A stretch of 54,565 bases of DNA, the filler included, from Jimgerdemannia flammicorona (taxonomy: Eukaryota): assembly GCA_003990765.1 (NCBI GenBank). It is 2 parts of 2 records of this genome, joined end to end, with 100 filler letters (N's around TTAATTAATTAA, not from the genome) between each part and the next. Parts side by side here need not be neighbours in the genome. Positions count along the whole stretch, not along the records: positions 27,334 to 54,565 come from RBNJ01000649.1; 1 more part is not named here. One strand, given 5' to 3'. The notes under the pieces are model-generated. The model made no database searches, was not told the origin of the DNA, and worked only from the letters and a program-made list of their open reading frames with translations. A program made the position numbers and the translations under genes. This document shows positions 47,909-54,565 of this stretch, in pieces; the first letter of the stretch is position 1; every line of letters starts with the position of its first letter.

Positions 47909-49942
47909 ATGTTAACCAGCAAGTAAGCCAACACGTATACTAGGTCAGACAGACCTGGAGCCTTCAACTGGCAGCATGTTGGGAGAGGGTATGGACTGGG
48001 GATGGGGTCTTTTGGTGGCTCAGATGGGCAGGACAGCTTGGGGAGTAGAAGTGGCACTGGAGGGGGGGCTGGAAGGCAGCAGGGAAGGAGCTTTGCAGAT
48101 ACACTGAGGACTGGGGGTTGGCCAACAGGATCCTGTGGTGGTCAGGTAGGAGGGAAGGGGAAGCAGAAGGATGGGGCTGCCGTGGGAGCTGGGTCTTCAC
48201 CAGGGGGAGGTGGTGGAAGTGGAGCTGCCACTGGGGGTAGTGGTGGGACTGCTGATGGTGGTGTGACGGTGAATCAGGAGAAAAAAAGAGATGTGATGGC
48301 TGATGGCCAGGGGGGGCAGGGGTTCCCAATGCAGAAGGGGGACCTGGCGGATGGTGTAACAGGGCTGGCAGTGGCCCTATTGCTCAAGAAGTCGATTTTG
48401 GAGTTCGTGGTCACCTTGTACTTCTGAGGCTTGGCAGTGATAGTGAGGATGGTTCTGGGGCTGATTTCAAAGCAGGTGGAAGGGGCAGCCTCAGTGAAGT
48501 TCTTGAAGGACTTGGAGGGGGTTGAGGTGGGTTTTGAGGAAGTGGGCCCACTGGATGAGGCCCTGAAGACTGGAGTCGTGGTTGGAGAGGTGGTGGTACC
48601 CATGGTGCGGTGCTTGAGGTGGGACCTCAGGGTGGTGCAGCTTCTAGTGAGGGGGGTGCCCATGGTGACTAAGGAGGAGACTAGGAAGAGGGTGGAGGAG
48701 GTGATAGTGGAGTATGGAGATGTGGTGGACATAGGCTTTCAGGTGTGGGAGGGGACCACAATCAGGACAGGTGATGTCAATGTCAGAATTTGGCTGGTGG
48801 GCAAGGAGGCCACAGGGAAGATGAGTGACTGGCCTTTGGTACTGATGTGGGGGGCTGTCGTCTGCAAGGTGTCAAGGGTGAAAGGGAGTGAAGAGGAGGA
48901 GGAGAACTTGTTGGAGGCACTGGAGGAGTTGGGTGGTGCTGTGGAGAGGAGGGCGAAGGCCTGGAAACTGTATGAGGAGTTGATGCATCTGAAGGTTGTG
49001 GGCAGGAAGCATATCCATATGGACAGGAAGCAGTGGGAGCAGGCTCAGGGATGCCAGAGGCAGAGGGAGCTGTTGGCCAGTATGTTAGGAGGGGTGGAAA
49101 AAAAGGCAGTTGGAGCTGGGGAGTCTGGAGGCATAAAGACCAGTGTCTGGGCAGGTAAAGGAGGAGAGGAGGTGGAGGTGAAGGAGGCAGAGGCTGGGAA
49201 GGTGCTGGACAAGGACCCATTTGCTGATAGAACCTTCGAAGTATGGGAGCCAGAGTTGGATACCACCCCCCCCCCACTTATCAGGAGGGGCCCGGTGGGG
49301 AAGAGAGGAATGATGGAGGATACATGGATGCAGGGGGCCCAGCAGGTATGCTTTGGGGTCCCTGATGTGGCACAAGGGGGTCAGGTGGTGGCAGTGGGTG
49401 AGGAGGAGCTGGTGGATGTCCCTGAGGAGGAGTGGGATGAGGCTGCCAGTATAGGAGCAGACACCACAATGTTGGATGCAGGGCAGCCAGGGACTCCAGG
49501 AGGGAAAGAGGTGGGGAACTTATTGTGGATGCGCAAGGTGATGGATAATCTTGCAGTGGAGGCTTTGGGGGAAGTGGACCTGTGGGCGATGCCTGAGGAG
49601 CATTGGGCACAAATTCTGCATAGTGATGGAATGGTAGAGGCACTGAAGGTGGAAATTCTGGCTATTTTCCTAGAGGAGGAGGGATATGAGGTTGATGAGG
49701 TGAGGAAGATAGAGTTGGGGGTAGTTGCTGGTGAACAGGTGACATACTGTTGGGTGGAGTGTCATGGTCTGAGGCTCTGGCAGGAGGTCTGTCTGGAGTA
49801 TCGGGAGGACTTTGAGAAGCATGAAGATGGGGCAATGGTGGAACTTCTTGAAGAGTTGGCTGCACAGGAAGCTGGGGAGAGGGAACTAGCTGCTGAATGT
49901 GACTTAGACTTAGTGCAGGAGGAGCGGAATGCAGACTTGTAG
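47909..49942 (+). pseudogene. LINE ORF1 (Gly-rich N-terminus, acidic/coiled C-terminus), two premature stops
   Basis: One frame from ATG 47909 through ORFs 48002-48427 and 48431-49942; stops at 47924 (TAA) and 48425 (TGA). Confidence 0.75.
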
Positions 49943-49973
49943 AGGATGGGAATATATTATATCAGTATTCTTA

Positions 49974-52900
49974 ATGAACAGTACAACCAACATTTTCTCC
50001 TTGAATGTGAATGGATTAAGGGGCTCTGGGCAGCGTAAGAACATTTTTACTTGGCTCAAGAGATTGGAGGCTGATCTCTTCTTACTACAGGATGTTTGGT
50101 GTGAGGATGAGGACGAGTAGGTAGAGTGGACTAGAGAATGGGGTGGGGCTGCTACTTGGTTTGGGAAGGTAGTGATTCTGGTGAGGAGGGGCAGAGGAGA
50201 CTTGGGGGGTATCAGGAGCTGGGGCAATCGCTTGGTCTGGGGAGATTGGCATTGACCAGAGTGAGAATCGGTGAAGGTGGGCTCTTGCTACTGCTCTGCA
50301 GTTAGGGGTGAGAGGACTGCATGGATTAGGGGGCTGCTGGAGGAGGGTATTCTCTTGGAGGAAGGGGTCGATGTTCTCGGTGGGGACTTCAATATGGTTC
50401 GGGATCAGCATCTGGACAGAACTGATGGAGGGAGGGGTGCAGAGGGTTGAAGTGGAGGTCTGGATGTATGGGAGGAGGTGGAGACATTAAGTTCCTTAAG
50501 GGATATGAGCTGAATGAGGTGGGGTGATAACAGGGTCTACACACATTGGGTGAATGGCTTGGGCATGAGGATTGACTGGATTCTGATGGCAGAGTGCTGG
50601 GGTTCAGATGTTTGGAAGGCATTGGGAGTGGAGTGGTGCCCATGGTCTGATTACTGAGGACTGTTGGGGCAGGGGCAGTTTGGGGGGAGTGGAGATGGAC
50701 CCAGACATTGGCGCCTTAACTCCTCCCTGCTGGCTGAGAAGGGGTTGTGGGAATTGTGGGTGGAGGACATTCAAGCAAAAGTTTTCATCTGGCAGTATGA
50801 AGGTCTGTCTGTGGCTGTCTGCTAGATGAGATTGAAAGAGGCTGTGAGGGTTTATTGGGGAGGGGCTGGTAGTGAGGCTGAGAGGCAGAGGAGGAGGCGC
50901 ACAAGGGGTGCTACCAGTAGGCTGAGGAGACTATAAATGGAGTGGGCGGATTTGCTCACTATTGTTGGGGTGGAGGATTGGAGGATAGAGAGGGCGAAAT
51001 TGGAGATAGTGGAACTACAACAGGTGTTGAGGGAAGAGGAGGAGACTCATATGTGGAGTATGGCTGCCAGGCTACATTGGCAGGGGCTTGAGGAGAGGGA
51101 GTGGCCTACTAGGTACCTTTCAAGACTTCTCAAAGCCAGGAGGGTACAACATCAGTGGGATGGGGTTCTGGATGATGGTGGGGACATGGTACATGGCGCA
51201 CAACAAATCTTAGGGGTTCTGAAGGAGAATTGGCAGGGTTTGTAGAGTGAGAGAGAAGGGGGTGCTGATGAGGCCAAGATTGTGGATACACTAGAAGAGT
51301 GGGAGCCATTGCAAGTAGCTGGTCTGGGAGACTTGATCTTGCTGGTGCAGGGAGAGGAGATCCAGAGTATCCTGGCAGTGACTAAACTTGGGACAGCATC
51401 TGGGGAGGAGGGAAGACTGGAAGAACTGGAGGCCGATCATGCTTCTGGATATAGACAGGAAGATGGTGACTAAGGTAATTGTCACAAGGCTGCAGAAAGT
51501 TGCCCAACAGGTGCTGGGAGAGGAGCAGTGGGGCTTTGTTGGAGGAAGACTTATTAGAGATGGGACTGCATGGGTTCATGGTGTCATTGAAGGGGCTCGG
51601 GCCTATGGACTGGATGGAAGGTTGGTCTTTTTGGATCAGGAGAAGGCCTATGACCGAGTATAATGGGTGTGGCTGGGCAAGGTACTGGGCCGAATTGGTG
51701 TTCCCCCATCATTTAGGGTCTCTATGTTGAGTCTGCTGGAAAGTAGTCAGGTAGCTCTGATGTGTAATAGTCACCATGGGAGGGCATTTCCCTTGGGAAG
51801 AGGAGTACCTCAGGGGGACCCTCTATCTCCGATTCTCTATGCCCTTTCACTGGAGCTGTTGATGGATAGGATTCACAGGAAGGTAGCAGGGCTCTCTATA
51901 TATGGTATAGTGTGGAAGGTGGGGGCCTTTGCTGATGATATGGTGGTTGGACTTGGGTCTGTGGCAGATATGGAGGCACTTCAGGAGACTGTGGAATGGT
52001 ATGAGGCTCACTCAGGGGTGAAACTCAACTGGCATAAGTGTGAGATGATGGTGCTAGAGAATGGGCTAGTGGGTGGGGACATCATTGGAACAATTGTCCC
52101 TACTGGTGAGGTGGTGTGGTATCTGGGCATCTTCCTCTCTGTATATGGTTCTGTCTTACCATGAGTGTGGTGGGAGAGTAGGGTGAATAGTTGGGGGGAG
52201 GCCCTTCGAGGTTGGGGAGGCTGCTATATCTCTCTAGCAGGATGGGTGTCAATCCTGAATGTATATTGGTTCCCAAAGCTGTGGTATGTGGCATATCATC
52301 TCGACTTCCCGGCATGAGTGGTGAAGAAGCTAATGAAGGTGGCTAGGGACTGGATTTGGGCAGGGAGGAGGTCCCAGGTCAGTTGGGATACTCTTGTGAG
52401 ACCAGTAGTCAGGGGAGGTCTTGGCCTGGTGGATTTCCCTAAGAGGCTACACTGCTTGAGAGCCTGGTGGTTGAAGAGAGCTGTGGAATTGCAGGGCAGA
52501 GATTGGGTGCCTCTGCTGCAGAAGGTGTGGGAGATGCGAATGTCCCCTCAAGGGTCTTCTGGAGATCTGCTCTCTTTGGTAGGGCTGAATGGAATTCGGA
52601 GGCTGCGGTTCAAGGGCTTTTGGTAGAGAGTGGCAGATGGAGCACACCGAATTGGTCTGTGCTGGCAAGGTAATGAGGGGGAGGCAGTATGGGGGCCTAA
52701 TATATGGCATTGGGATAGACTGCTCCTGGGGGGTACTCCACTGGCTGCATTCAATATTAGGGAGGGAGTGGAGTGTTAGCAGGGGCTTGGCCAGGATCTT
52801 TGGCCAAGTGGCTGGCAGGCAGTTGGAATTGGAGAGGAGTGGGACTGGGCAGGCATCTGGTCTTGGAGTGCAGAGGTATGGAGGTGGCTTCCTCCCAAGT

Positions 52901-53547
52901 TCTGGGTGGTATGGTGGAGAATGTTGTGGAGGAATGTCATGCTGAATTTTCACTCTGGGCATTTAGTAGAGGGTGGACAATTTGACTGTGAGGAGCATTA
53001 CAATGTTGGGCAAGCTGGGGGTCATGTATAGATGCCAGAACATTGGCTGGGAGAGTGTGAGGTCTTGGGGGAATTTTGGGCTGAAATAGGGGATAGACTG
53101 GGTATGGAGTGTCGGCTGGTGGGGGAGGGGGGTCACTGGGAGAACTTAAGATCTCAGCTTGTGGGTGGGGTGGGGGATAGTTGGCTCACTATAGGGTGGG
53201 TGTTAGCAGTATGGGTGGGATTGGCGGGATATTGGCTTTTTGTATTTGAGGAGGGGTAGTGGTTGGGGCTGCGAGAGAAGGTATTAAGGTGGGAGGAGCT
53301 GGTGGGGGATCTGCTAACTGGATAGTGGGTGGGTTGGAGTCCTCAGGGGAGATGGTGTTGCAGTTTGGTGGTAAAGATCTGTGAGCAGAGTGGTGGGAGG
53401 GTGGGGATAGTGTTCGACAAAGTGGTCTTTCGCAGGGAAGGGGTAGGGGGGCAGCTCCTTTCTCCACTACCTTACTGGTCACAAGGTTTGGTAGGCAACC
53501 TTTCAAGTCTCCTTTTCCCTATTATTACCCCCTCTACCTCAGGTTGA
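49974..53547 (+). pseudogene. LINE ORF2: APE endonuclease plus reverse transcriptase (disrupted)
   Basis: IFSLNVNGLR...DLFLLQD; VGDFN; NWRPIMLLDIDRK; FLDQEKAYDRV; RGVPQGDPLSPILY; AFADD; YLGI; RGGLGL. Many stops and frameshifts, and an apparent deletion near 51405. The end is approximate. Confidence 0.92.
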
Positions 53548-54565
53548 TTTGCTGTGCCTGCAGGGGCATGGTGGGAGGAGGGCAATGGTGATGAGTTGCC
53601 CCTTTATCGGTATCGGATCGGTGCTTCCTCCACTTTTTCATGGATTCTGATACCTTCAGCTGCATCTGGAGTGTACCTGTTTTGGTGTAGTGCCTTCTTC
53701 CTTTTACCATCGCCAACAAGGTGTTGTCTCAGTGTGTCTTGGGCTACATAGGGAGTTGGCCGACCTTGGGCATCAAGTGCTCAGTGTAGGTTACCTGCAG
53801 GTCCTCGGTGCCTATGGTGGGGCCCTCTGGCTTTGGCGAGCTTCCCGGCGAGTGTGGTTCTGGTGTAGGTGACTGCTTTTCGGGTGTTGTCGGGATGGGA
53901 GGAGAGGTGGCCGTCACAGATAGATGGAAGGGTAATTACAGTGAACCAGTAGGATGCCAGGCTGGGGGCGGTCATCGGGGCTGGGACAGGTGCTGCTTTG
54001 GTGGGGCCTTTTGATTGGTACAGCATGGTTAGGTGGTAGGTATCACTATCGGCTTCTTTTGGCGGTCAGCAGGGTTGGGCCCCAGTCGTCAGGGGGGGTC
54101 AGGAGGCCTGAGGCTACCCATTTTAGGCATCTTGGCTGCACTCAACTGGAACTGGGAGCTGACATGGCAATGTGATCGAGGCCCACAGGCTTGAGTAGTG
54201 GAGTATTGGGGGTTTCCTCCCGCCTCATGTGTAAGTCCTTTACTCACCTCAACTGGGAGAACCAGGTCCTACCCACCATGTTGTACTTTGATGAGGGTTT
54301 TTATTTGCCTGTCATTCTCTTTGGGGTGGCAGGGACTATTCTATTTGGCTCGGGTGTGGCCTTGTACATACGTTGGGTTCTCAGGTATGCACTTTCGGTC
54401 GTTGGTGTATGGTTGGGTTTCCCCTGGTAGTAGGGAGAGCATGGTGTGCAGAATGAGATGCGGGCCTATCAGCTCTGCTGCGCCTGGCATGGTCGAGCTG
54501 CTGGACAATAGCTAGCCTAGGTTAATGGGGGGGCAGTGCTTGGTGGGTGGTGGGGGAGGGTTTTG

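Larger units (their letters stand above)
47841..54565 (+). mobile_element. Near full-length L1/Tx1-like non-LTR retrotransposon (3' tail expected just beyond the window)
   Basis: ORF1, then APE-RT ORF2, then a long 3' UTR matching the tailed copy at 9107-10084. Confidence 0.92.

Noticed and set aside
48274..49865. Pro/Ser-rich minus-strand ORFs within the LINE
   Set aside because: Antisense by-products of the G-rich LINE sense strand.

Overview
Eukaryotic, most likely fungal, transposon-dense DNA. The 5.8S/28S fragment and the element types suggest an early-diverging, Mucoromycota-like fungus (inference). The window is two contigs joined by an artificial N44-TTAATTAATTAA-N44 spacer at 27234-27333. 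From left to right it holds: an intron-containing hAT transposon end; LINE and DIRS relics; an orphan, deletion-riddled 5.8S-ITS2-28S rDNA fragment; an internally deleted chromovirus carrying a hAT MITE with an 8-bp TSD; AT-rich decayed repeats; a near-complete Ty3/Gypsy element; a BTB-SPRY pseudogene between direct repeats; a nest of further Gypsy elements; and a near full-length L1/Tx1-like LINE. Most elements are CpG-depleted and disrupted. The main observation is a conserved accessory ORF family ('ORF3') with no signal peptide or transmembrane segment. It occurs in four copies from three divergent LTR elements, downstream of integrase and overlapping or possibly inside the LTR, and shares the motif (I/L)Gx(L/V)L-x(21-24)-IA(K/R)(K/R)x3(L/I)F-x7-(L/V)(H/N)L. 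The Gypsy elements also carry dUTPase in two different polyprotein positions and a conserved Cys/His module between protease and dUTPase.
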